Shown: piece by piece, positions 16,253 through 28,298 of the stretch
Position numbering within the stretch: position 1 is the stretch's first letter
How the letters are laid out: each line of letters starts with the position of its first letter
Assembly (NCBI GenBank): GCA_043228905.1
Contig: JBHGNT010000011.1
Span: 1,798,001 to 1,862,000, forward strand
Direction: 5' to 3'
DNA length: 64,000 bases
Origin: Azolla caroliniana
Taxonomy: Eukaryota > Plantae > Polypodiophyta
Program-made: the position numbers and the translations under genes
Notes under the pieces: generated by a model
Seen by the model: the letters and a program-made list of their open reading frames with translations, nothing else
Told to the model about the DNA's origin: nothing
The model's database searches: none

Positions 16253-19200
16253 TCAAGAATTAAGTTCTGACTTCAGCCTCTTTTCTGGAGGTTCATGCAA
16301 ATCTTCATCATGTTTTCTCTTTGTTCCTGAGATAGTCCCATCATCCATCATGATGAGGTCATCATCATCATCCACTGTATCAATTTCAGTTCTGTCCAGT
16401 GTTGGTTCAACAATTTCTTCTGCCATCTGCTCTTTGACCATCACAGAAGGTAACTTTCCGGAAAGTACCATGTTGTCTGGTTCTTTTTCTTCATCGAATG
16501 ATTCCCTGAAAAACAGAACTCTCTCTCTCTCTCTGTGTCTCTCTCTCTATAAGCGCAGCCAAAAGCTTGTCTATATTTTATTTTGTGGGTCATGTCTTGT
16601 TCAAATTACAATCATCCGTTCATTAGCATTCTCAAATATTTTTTCTTTGCTAGTACCATAAGGACACAAAAAAAAGAGTTGTTTTCAGCCCGTTTTTAGT
16701 GAGGAATCATTCTGTTCTCTATCACAGTTTAGGTATTTCCAACAGACAGTGAAGCCAAAAGTTTGTCTGTATTTTATTTTGTGGGTCATTGTCTAGTTCA
16801 AATAATGTGAGCATCACTTTTCTGGAGAGGGGGAAGCAAGTGTTTGTCATTTGATAACACAATTAATTTAATATGCAGCTTGTGATTTAACATCACAATT
16901 CAAACTCATGTGCATCATGTAATAAGAAATAAATACAGACAAGAAAGAGAAGCTGTCATTTGTGAAAGGAATAAAGCCAAAATTTGTAAACCTGTGTCGT
17001 ATTTGGATGCTACAAGTGAACTCCTGTTGAAAATCTTCAATAGTCAGTATAGAATCATTTTTAATAGGTGTTGGAAATGAGTCTAGAGTCTGCAAAAACA
17101 AGAGGGGTTAATTTCCATAGATCCTTGTATAAAAATGTAAAGCACACCCACTAATCAGCAGTGAACATGACCTTCTCCAAGTTTAGATTGTACTGTGCGA
17201 CCATGTTCGGTTCCAAATCGTCCCCTGTTTCATAGATGAGGCAAGAGCCTTGCATGATTATTGGTGAATTAATAGAGAGTTTTCCTTTTACAATCTTCTC
17301 CACAATATCTCTCAAATTTGACTTTGATGTATTCACCTCTAGCCACAAAACTGTCTGGAAACAAGCCCATGCATTAGCCTTAAACACGTGCCGTTTTTAG
17401 TTCCCTTTTTACACTTGAACATTTTTACCTTTGAGCAAACGTAGCATGTTGGATTTGGTTCTGATAGCTCAGCAGGCATAAGTAGCATCTGGCGTCTAGG
17501 ATATTCTAGGCAGTACGTTGTCCTGCAGATCAAAGGATTTATATACAATATTTCAGTTTTAAAATGATGTAAAAAACATATACAGAAACTATTACTATAT
17601 TCTGGTGAGCATATGACTGTAAATTTGCATGACACAAAAGGAAGTTGATTGAGCCATAATAGCACCCAAAATTAAAACAGACCCATCATGCTAAAATGTG
17701 AAGTCTTAACATATAAACAACAATGTATGTTCGTGATATACAGTGCATTGAACAAGGCTTGACGATGAGCAGAAGTACAGTTGAAGAAAATCAAAATGCA
17801 AGAAGAATTTGAAGAGTAAAAAACAAGCAAGCATATATTCATGATTTTATCACCGGCACAGTTTGAAGAAGTGATTAGTTCAGGTGGAGTGAAAAAATTG
17901 GGCAGGTTTGCAACAGATTGCAAGCTGAAAGTTGCTGGACACGATAATTCAGTAACCATGTGAGCTGAGAGAGAGGAGAAATATGCAGCATTGCACAAAG
18001 GTAATGAATAGAGATGAGAAGGGTGCAAGTGGCTGAGAAATGTTAAGACAGATGAAGCAGATTTGACACTGCTCACTTCTGGAGAAAGGTAATAGAGCTG
18101 AAGGGTTGAAACTCTCAGGATATATTCTAAAAGGTTCTTTGCAGAAACAATATTGAAAAGTCATATAATCCTGAATAAACATACTGCCTACCAAACGGCA
18201 TACAAATATAGTCCCAATATCCTGTATAACCCAGCAATGCCTTGTTGCAGAATAAGCTCATTGCCTAAATAGTATAAACCTATACATAGGAAAAGGAGAC
18301 TAGATTTCCAGTGATATAAATCTGCCATATGCAGCTAATACCCTGGTGGGCACTGCATCCCACATGAAGTGTAATAGCCACAGCTGTAATCTAGCACAAA
18401 TTTATATAATTGAATAGAGCATAGATTTAGTCAGATTTCTGTAACTGTATGGGAGGATGTGATTATCTATTATAGTTCTTTGATACTTATTTTATTTACT
18501 TAACAGTCTGACGTTAAATCATATCATAATATTGGAGAACTTCACTATCTTTGACTTTACTGGGAATGTTCAATGTTTACATACATCAGATACATCAAAA
18601 TGGTAAAATTTGAACTGCACATACCTACAGTTTTCTAGGTTATCTGTCAGAAGTTTTAGTGCCTCGATGACAATCAGACCAGAAATTATTGCATTAGTGG
18701 TAGCTATAGCATGCACGATATTCCCTGCAATGCCTTTGGCATTAAATAAACTCTGCAATGGAATATTGAAACAATAGGAACGCAAGTTTGAAGCTGCTGT
18801 TACAAATTCCACTGCTAATTGATCATCTTTGTCAAAAATCAAGCTCCCAACATCCTGGAATGAAAATGACAAGACAAAACTATGTCATTCTCAAAAAGAG
18901 CCAATAACCTCAAAAAATCACGTGATTCTCTATATATATGCTAACCTTTTGCCGTTTCCCAAGGAATAGCACAATTGCTTGCAGAAAGACTCTAGCATTG
19001 TCAGTTAAGCTCCACACATCCTGGGAATTACTTAATCCCAATATTCTTGCTGCTGACACAACATGTTCACTACCTTCATCAGTTCCATTCTGAGAGTCGG
19101 ATGCACTTTCTTGACGAAGTTCTACGCCAGGGATATCAGCCAAGTACAGGGGACGAGGTCTTTTCCTTGTCTTCCACGTGCTTTCATTTTTCAAAGCAAC

Positions 19201-22200
19201 AACAATATTCAGACCAAAGACACCATCAAAGACTCTCTTAGCATACATTTCATGTGTTTCCCCATCCTTGAGATCAAAAAAGCCAGTATCCTCAGTATTA
19301 GAAGCTTCACTGTCATTCGTTGAATGTACAATAAGATCCCTGGCCTGGCTTTCATCGCCAAACAGTCTTCCTAAAAGAAGATCTTTGGCCCAAACAATGC
19401 AATGAACTGGCTGCAATATGATATAGGGTGCAGTTTGTAATGAATACAAGGGGAAGACTTGAGTTTTGAATATAATCTACTAACTTATACATCCACTTAC
19501 TTTTGAGGGTGTACTTGTTATTGTGCACACGGGATATGTCTTTGGCAATTCTTTAGTCTGGCATTCATAGCATTCAGTGCGGCCCTTCATATGTACTGTA
19601 ACCTGACATGAAAGATATTCTCAAACAGACCATATTACAAAGATAGTGAATCCCAGTACTATAAAGGCATTATCCATACATCGGATGTATCCTATGACCA
19701 GAGACATGAACATAAAATATAAAACTACAAGAAAGTTATGTAATACAGTAAAACAGGAACCTAAAATATCACATGCACATTAACAACGAAAAACCAAAAC
19801 CTGAAGACATTATAAAATATGTATAATGTATAGAAATAACAGAATTGAGCATAAATAATGATATGAAAATCAAAAACCAACAAAACCAGGAAATTCATTG
19901 CTTTCACTGTACAGCTTGATATGCCACATCATTACTTGAACTCCATTCCAAACAGACCATATTACAAAGATATTGAATCCCAGTACTATAAAGGCATTAT
20001 CCATACATCGGATGTATCCTATGACCAGAGACATGAACATAAAATATAAAGCTACAAGAAAGTTATGTAATACAGTAAAACAGGAACCTAAAATATCACA
20101 TGCACATTAACAACGAAAATCCAAAACCTGAAGACATTATAAAATATGTATAATGTATAGAAATAACAGAATTGAGCATAAATAATGATATGAAAATCAA
20201 CAACCAACAAAACCAGGAAATTCATTGCTTTCACTGTACAGCTTGATATGCCACATCATTACTTGAACTCCATTCCTTCTATTGCAAAGATCTTTCTGAA
20301 GACGGTTGTGGATCTCACTTAAGGCTCTCTAAAAAATTCAGCTAGAGTATATATCGTTCCACGGATGGTGGATTCTATCTTTCCATATGGGCAAGAAAAC
20401 TCTTGGGATCTTACATATTCTTCTCTAGAAAGACCTTTGTGGTGGAATAGATGGAATTCAAGGAAGCATGTAACATTTCAAACTGTAGAGTAAATGCAGG
20501 GAATTATCTAGATAATTCCTATGTTTCTTGGGAAAATTTATGCCACTTAAAGGGTTTCCAGAATTTGTAGTTATCACAGACAATGTCAACTATTGTGTGG
20601 GGAGGGGTTACTGTAGTTATGGGGACATTGGGGACTGACCTTGATAATGCATGCCCTAAGAATATAATAAGATGGACATTGAAATATAATCTGGTGTGAA
20701 TGGGTCAAGGGAGCTTTCTTAAAAGAAAGCACAGTGAAATTTCAAGTCTGAATGCTAGATTTCACAGTTACATCTATTTAAATATAGCACTTACAGCTGG
20801 ACTTGCAAATTATCAACATCTCTATAATTGGACTCCTCCCCTCCACAAGAGTAGGCATCCTCTATAGCTACAAGACCTTGCAAACTTCTTCACAACCTAC
20901 ATATGTAATGCTTAAATAGATGAAACCTACAAAATCTGGCATTTAGACTTGGGCATCATGCCCTGAGTTTTTTATGGATTGTGCTCTAATTTGAAGTAAA
21001 TAAAGTCATATGCTTAGTGCATGCATTATCAAGGCTGTTTCTCAACATTTCTGTAATTACACTCCTCTCCACAAGTGTTGGCATCCTCCGTAACTACAAA
21101 TTCTTGAAACTTGTTCCAGCATCATAAATCTACCTGTGCAAACTTCACAATCTTCAGATGTGATCATATTTTTACTCTTTATAAATATTTGTAGCTTATT
21201 TATTGAGCTCATGGAACATGCTTATGCAAGGAATTTTGGTGCCCCTTTTCATGCATGGCAATTAGTTTTCACATACCAAGAAACAAAGGTGTTTCACAGC
21301 AACCACTTCATTTTTGTGTATTCTATTACAATTATGCAACGGTAATGGATCCTCCTCATACTTTTTGGCACTGGATGGGATGATTGATGAATTAGAGGTA
21401 ATGGTCTAACCACAAACACCTATATGCATTGTGAACGAAAAATTAGGGGCATTCAGGGAAACAAAGAAAAAGTATGGTATTTTGAACTTCTTATTTAAAA
21501 ATAGCCCAGTAAGATTTCATAAAATACTCTCAAATTCCAGTGGCTATGGATTCTGAGCCAACGGAAATCACAACACCTCTAATAATGATATAGAAAGTAC
21601 ATGTCACAAATCTCGTCAACTTGTGAGAGAAATGTACCTGGCCAAGGTAGCCTGTGCTCCCACTCTCAATAAGTGGAACTCCAGCAGCTAGACACAGGCG
21701 ATTCACATGTCGCCGGGCATCAACATTATCAAGTCCATTCAGGACAACGTTGAATTGTTTAAAGAACTCAACATTGAACTCCGGATTCTTTACATTTGCA
21801 TGATGTGCAGTTATATTCATTTCAGGCTTGAACTTTAGCACTGCTTCACGTGCAACCTGATTGGAAAACAAGACACAAAAAGAACATGAATTCAGCACAT
21901 TGAATGCACATCATTGTGCCAGCCTAAGCAAGATCCTACACATCGGACTACTTCTGCTTACCTTGTGTTGATAATGCTCTAGGTAGAGGGAGAGGGAGAA
22001 ACAGAGAGTCTATTAGGGTCAGAATAAACTAAAACAAAAAAGAGAATGCATACGGAGAATATATAGGTGTATCCACAAGAGAGATGAGAATTTGTCTTAA
22101 ATTACCATATTGATAGAGGAGGCTACACATGATGTATATTGTCAAACCAAAAGCTTACAGATTGGTAGAGAGACAGTATATGGTAATTGCGAAAGAGACG

Positions 22201-25048
22201 TTTTAAATTATGGGAGAGACAGTATATGGTAATTTTCTTGTGGGAAATAAAATAATCTGCAAATGTAATACATATACAATGCCCTATGCCAGACACAATT
22301 CCAGGAAATTACATATTGGTAGAACCTGCTCTCACCTTGGCTTTGGACTGCCCAACATGTCGCTTCCGGAAGAGAAACTGTCTGTTTAGATTGCTGACCT
22401 CAATTGTATCCAGATCAATCTACAGAAAGACAAAAATTCATTTACTTTAGCAAAACAATACCTGAAGTAATTAATTTCAAACCTTGTCCAATCAACGGGT
22501 GTAACTTTTTCACTTCTAGGAATATCCAGCAGTTTTGCGAGCCATAATAAATGTTTCATAAACATCAAATCCATGATCACATGCCCCACCCAAAAATCTT
22601 GAAATAGAGTATAACTCTTTCAAATACTTCAAAACACTCTACATAATGGTTCTAAATGTCTAAAATCATAATATCTTCAAATATGCATTTGCTTTTTTTG
22701 TGGAAAATGTCTCCTACCTCACAACTTTTCTCTTATATCATTATTTCATGAATATAATAAGAGAAGATTTCTCAGAAAAAATTTGAGCCACGCCACTAAC
22801 ATGCAAGCATGGGGAAATTTTCCAACATTTAAAGTGTGAAACAAATGACCCATATTATGTAGGAGATTTTTGTCTCTATTTCAATCTTAGTGTGAAATAA
22901 ATAACCCATATTATGTTAAAGATTAATTGTGTCCATTTCAATCTTACTACTATGATGGCACCACTCGACTTAACAATAATTTAATACTAGTTTGATACAC
23001 TTTTTTTGGTTCACTTCTTTGTTTTCTCTCCCTCCTATCATCACTTTTTTCAAAAGGAGTGTAATTCCAATACGTGCTGGTGTTAAAAGCCCATTATGTT
23101 TCTTTAACTAAAGTTGAAAAACGTTTTTATATTATTTAATTTTTTTCTGATTGTTGTTGAAGTTGTACAGTCTCGTTTCAGAACTGTACCATAACTTCTA
23201 AAAGAATATTTGTGATTTGAACGGGATCCTTGGACACGATTCCAATCAGCATTAAATAGGTATTTATGAGGCCATGACTTAGCTGTCCCATCAGCATTTA
23301 AAGCTCTTCTTCTAAGAGCATATGCTATGTACCTTGGATAGCACATATATATAGTGCACTACTTACTACCTTGTATATTGTTTTAGTAAGTGGTAGGCTT
23401 TTGTTTTGCAGAACTGCTTCTACTTCTTTAATCCCTCCTATGTGTTAAACCCGATAATTGTTTTTAGTTTCTATATCTCAGCCTTTATATATTTCAGAAA
23501 CTGTCTATCTTCTACTTCCTTACAATACATGGTATTCTAGAATATTCACTCTAGCTTAAGACACAAGCATTCCAGAGGCTATGATCTATGAAAGTGGTCT
23601 TTTCTTGCAAACACACCTCTTCAAGACCATCAGGTTGAGAATCAGACATTTGTCATACACTTTAAACATCATCTTCTCTTCTAAGTTACATCGCATCTCC
23701 ACCATGATACGTACATGAAGACTGGTGATTGCAATTCGCTCAGTTATCTTAATCCTTGTTTTATTCAGTGGCAAATAACACTATATTGGCATCATTTTTT
23801 CTCTAGGCTTAATCTTTCAGGCATCCACTACAGCCCAAACTGATTGAAGAATGAGGTTATTTTGAGTTTTCACAATAAGATACCAAAGGAAAATAATTAG
23901 AAGTTTCTTGATATGTGGCAATATTAGTATATGGCAGCATTTCATGCAAGATCAAAGAATGAGGTTATTTTGAGTTTTCACAATAAGATACCAATGGAAA
24001 ATAATTAAAAGACTCTTGATATGTGGCAATATTAGTATATGGCAGCATTTCATGCAAGATCAAATTATGCATATGGCTTTTTGACTTCTGATATGACAAG
24101 GCATCCTTAAGTTGCTCTTTTGGTAGCCACTTTAAATATTAGCATGTTTATAAGTACTACTTAGGAGAGGATAAGCTCAAACCAAGCAATTATTTCTGGT
24201 ACTCATTGCTTTCTACATGAAGTAGACAAGCATAAAGAAAAAATTACGAAACCCTTGCAAGATTACCAAGTGAACTTTTGTGGTATGGAGCTAAAGAAAA
24301 CATTTCTTTCTTCATGAAACCTACCATTTACATTAAACGGGCAGAAAATGAAACTCAAGAGAAAATATGGAAACTGCACAAAAGGGAAATTAAGTGTGCT
24401 TCTTGTAGTACTGGGATAAAATAATTTTACATAAGCTTTTGAAAGACCTCTAACATAACAAATAGGCCGAAATTGAAAGAAAACATAAAGAGAAGACCAG
24501 GAATCCAAGAAATATCACTTCATCTCTATGCAAAAATACACCATGGAAAAACCAGAAAAGAAGGCAGGAAATTTTCTAAAAAACTTATGAGGATGAAAAA
24601 GCAGCTAAAAAGCAAAAATCTGACGCACAAGAAACAAAAAAAACAAAGAAGAAAGAAAGGAATTCGGAAAGTTTAGCCAAATCTGGACCGAGAAGAGGAT
24701 TGATTTTGCATGGTAAACATCATGAACAATTCCATGAGGTACGCAGAAAGAAAATTGAGGAAAAAGCAGTAAACTGGATGAAACTTCGGAGAATGACGTA
24801 AATTTTAGGATGAAAAGGAGAAGGGGAATACGTACCAAGTGAACATCCGTGAATCCAGTGAGAGCTAAAGTCTTCAAAAGCTCGCATCCAATGCCTCCTG
24901 CTCCCACCATCAGAACCTTCGCATTCTGCGGCAGATAAAGGAAGCATATTAACTTTTCTGCCTACAGGGATGAAGAGTGGGACGGGAATGGATGAAGTAT
25001 GAGAAAGGAAGCTACCTCGATCGCGGAGAGCTCTTCTGGGGAAGCCAT
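16253..25048 (-). CDS. SAE2: SUMO-activating enzyme subunit 2 (UBA2-type E1 large subunit), 11 exons, 616 aa
   Basis: Exons are 25048-25016, 24925-24836, 22419-22336, 21856-21638, 19602-19501, 19410-18946, 18854-18625, 17522-17429, 17354-17172, 17089-16992 and 16505-16253. All introns are GT-AG and the total is 1851 nt in frame. Motifs include [46 protein letters not shown], the CYEC and CYVC zinc ligands, and the catalytic PVCTI. The protein also has [20 protein letters not shown], a UFD domain and a C-terminal bipartite NLS (KRKH...KRLK). Confidence 0.96.
19622..20275. repeat. 327-bp direct tandem duplication in SAE2 intron 4
   Basis: Copies are 19622-19948 and 19949-20275, with about 4 substitutions seen by eye. 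Confidence 0.92.
23847..24062. repeat. 108-bp direct tandem duplication in SAE2 intron 2
   Basis: AAGAATGAGGTTATTTTGAG...CATGCAAGATCA occurs at 23847 and at 23955. Confidence 0.9.
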
Positions 25049-25182
25049 GGGAGGTGGGGGGCGCGACAGCGATGGCGATGGCGATGGCGAAGGCGGGAAG
25101 ACACAGACGCACAGAAAACACGGAGAGAGAGAGAGAGAGACCTTTCCACTAGAATAAGAAGCAGAAGAGGAAGAGACTCGAG

Positions 25183-25185
<3 letters not shown>

Positions 25186-25218
<33 letters not shown>

Positions 25219-25237
25219 TGTGTGTGTGTGTGTGTGT
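25186..25237. repeat. (GA)n(GT)n compound microsatellite in the SAE2 5' leader/promoter
   Basis: Directly visible. Further (GAA/GAG)n and (GT)n runs lie at about 25395-25487. Confidence 0.9.
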
Positions 25238-25406
25238 CACCGTCTGGCAACGGTTCGGTTTCAGTTTAACCGGTTTGGCCTTTGTCCAAACCAAACTGGT
25301 TTGGCTTAACCGGTTTGAGCCATCCCAAACCGAGCTCAAACCGGTTAAGGAAGCTCACTCACAACCCCATGACCAAATCAATGACAACGCCATAGAAGAA
25401 GAAGAA

Positions 25407-25438
<32 letters not shown>

Positions 25439-27058
25439 AGACACTGACACATGGTGTGTGTATGTGTGTGTGTGTGTGTGTGTGTGTCAATGGCTTCATT
25501 TCATCAATAACAAACGATAGTGTGGCAATCCAATATGGTTCAATCAAGAACCAATGATGATGTGGCAGCCTGATCTGGTTCGATTAGTAATCGACAACAA
25601 CGTCACTACGACAATCTAATTTGATTTGATCATTAAACTATGGCATCCCGCTCATCCCCACAACAGCTTCCACAACTCTTCATTCTTGTTGATTTAACTC
25701 GAAACACATTCGCATTCACAAGTGGAAGGCTCGCGCATTCCACGTGTAGATTCCTTTTGTAAATATCCAAATATACCCTCTCTACAAAAATTGGATGCAC
25801 TAGTATCACATGTTCCACAACTTGATTAGAATTTGCAAAATTAATAAAACATGATAGGTCTCCGAGTGGAGAACATGTGAAATTCACTTACCTTTGGATG
25901 TGTTGATATGTTAATACCATTATAATAAAGTTCAACAATGGCTCAATATCACACTTTTGTGCGACATGGCAAACACTCAAATGAAGACTTATATTTGTTT
26001 GGTAAGTTTTGCAAAAATATGAGGTGTAATTGTATCCATGCTAATAAAATGAGTTATAATTTATAGTTTGACCCATACTCGTATGTATATAATTGTGGAC
26101 AATGTAAGATAGTGAACCTTAGGATAATGTGATTGAAATAACAAACTTATTAAGGCTTTCAATACTTGTGTTTAAAGTTGATCTAATCTAATCCTTAGGT
26201 GATTCGCATGGGATCGAACTCCGAAGGATAACACTAGTGGGACTACAAGCGTGTGAAACATGTGGATATTGATGAGAGGTGTACTCCAAGGTCATGCAAC
26301 TAATGGGACAGTGTGGCATCGACCATTATCAACACACTACACAATGTAAGCAGCAATGGAAGACAAACAAACATAATAGTTTGATAATTAAGAACACACT
26401 ACACATTCTAAGTAGCAATAGAACACAAAGATCCATAATATATGGATTGTTATATATTAGACACAGTTTGACAGTCTCGACAACCGATCTCAATTAACAT
26501 GGACAGTCTTGATGACCATTCAACGGGGATAATATGTTTAGGTAAAGTTTGACCAAAATCAGCCTTAAGGTTAACTAATTCATGTTTCTCCATATTAGAG
26601 TCAGCAATAGATGCGATGAAACTAATGTCATAAGTCAACAAACCAAGTATATAGGAATATAATTGAAACATATAGAAGAATGTAAACAATGGAGTACACC
26701 AATGGAAGAACCCAATGTTACCTGTAGGAGTTGTACGAGGCGGTATAAGGGTAAAACACGTTATAGGGGTTGTTCTATTTGTGTAATGTAGGTGAGTGTG
26801 AATGAGAATAAATATTTGTGTAAACACATGCACAATTATGTGCATGTGTCAAGCATGTAATGGTCTTCTTTTTGTAACAGTCATATTATTAGCCATTACA
26901 TTATGTACTATATAAATCCCTCATGGGGTATGTAATGAGATAGTTTTTTCCCCTCTCATTTGGTGTCATTTCCTATTTGTCTCTCTCTTGCTCTCTCTCT
27001 AACTTAACCCCCTTGGGAGGGGGGTGAAACCAATCTAGGTTTCACCCCCCACCCATCA

Positions 27059-27419
27059 ACACTTTTGGCACGCCTAAATGGTCGACCTCCCTTGAGAGGA
27101 AGTCTATCCTCACTTTCCCTCTCTGTCACTAATCCCTCACTCTCCCTCTTTGCGTCTCTATGGTGTGTGTGTGTGTGTGTGTGTCTACCTCTGCAAGATA
27201 CTCTCTCCTCTCTTCTTCACTACTATGGTGTGATCTACACTTTTGGCACGCCTGAACGACCGACATCCCTTGAGAGGAATTCTATCCTCACTTTCCCTCT
27301 CTGTCACTAATCCCTCACTCTCCCTCTTTGCATCTTCTATGGTGTGTGTGTGTGTGTGTGTGTGTGTCTACCCCTGCAATATACTCTCTCCTCTCTTCTT
27401 CGCTACTATGGTGTGATCT
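27059..27419 (+). repeat. 178-bp tandem duplication containing the PBS
   Basis: ACACTTTTGGCACGCCT...GGTGTGATCT occurs at 27059 and at 27237. Confidence 0.9.
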
Positions 27420-28001
27420 AGAAGAAGAAGAAGAAGAAGAATTGTTAATATACACCATGGTTGCTTATGGCCTAATGCCACTCCTGTCTTCCTTTTGTTT
27501 TCTGCCCCCTATCTATCATATGCCACAACAGACATTAGCAGTAGCAACTGCTCTTAATGATCCACGGAAACATGGTGGAATGTATAAAGCATTATATGGT
27601 GATGAAGTTGAGGAGTGTAATGCAAAATCTTATTGAGTTTGTATGATGATGAAGAGGAGAAGCGATATCATGCTCCTGCAAGGCACCATGATGATGATGG
27701 TACAAGAAGCCATGGTAGATGACGTCGTTAGTCTAAGCATAGTTTTGTGATGGATATTGATGAGAGATTGTCTTCCATCCACAAGGTTGTCTTCAACACT
27801 GAGGCCATAGAAATGAATTTCCTTTTGCCAAGAAGAAAATGATGATGATGACATGGAGGCTTGAGAGTTGAATGGAAGCAGATTCAGACAAAGATAGCAA
27901 AGAAGAAGAAGAAGGTTGTCATAGAGTCGATATGTTTTCACTTCTTTTGAGTTGATGACTAGGCATTCACTTCATGAAGTGGATGTTGAGGTAAAGTTGC
28001 G

Positions 28002-28298
28002 ATGTATAACCATTTCTATGCAAGAATATCATCTTCATTGAGAAACTGTGTGGACATTGTTTTGGGTAAGCATGTACATGACTTCAGATTCATTGAGTTT
28101 GGTCTGGAACAAAGGAAATACCTCTACAACCTTCTTATACTCTATGGGAGCTATAGAGCTATGCACGACGCATTGTCATTGTTCATAAAGCTTCCCTGGA
28201 CACGACATGTTACACTATTCAACATCTTTCTTAGCCACTTTGCTAGAGAGAAGAACAACCAAGTTGCTATGGCAATTCTCAGGAAGGTATTATCCTAG
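28002..28298 (+). pseudogene. PLS-class pentatricopeptide repeat (PPR) gene fragment inside the non-autonomous LTR element
   Basis: SSLRNCVDIVLGKHVHD..IEFGLEQRKYLYNLLILYGSYRAMHDALSLFIKLP.RHVTLFNIFLSHFAR matches the consecutive PPR motif pattern LL+AC...GK.VH..I...GL....NxLxxMYxxCG..DA..F..MP.R.V..WN. It is degenerate and truncated. Confidence 0.6.

Noticed and set aside
26279-26497. Myb/SANT-like (trihelix or Harbinger ORF1) remnant suggested by QCKQQWK
   Set aside because: It is a single short motif with no supporting transposase, TIRs or splice structure.
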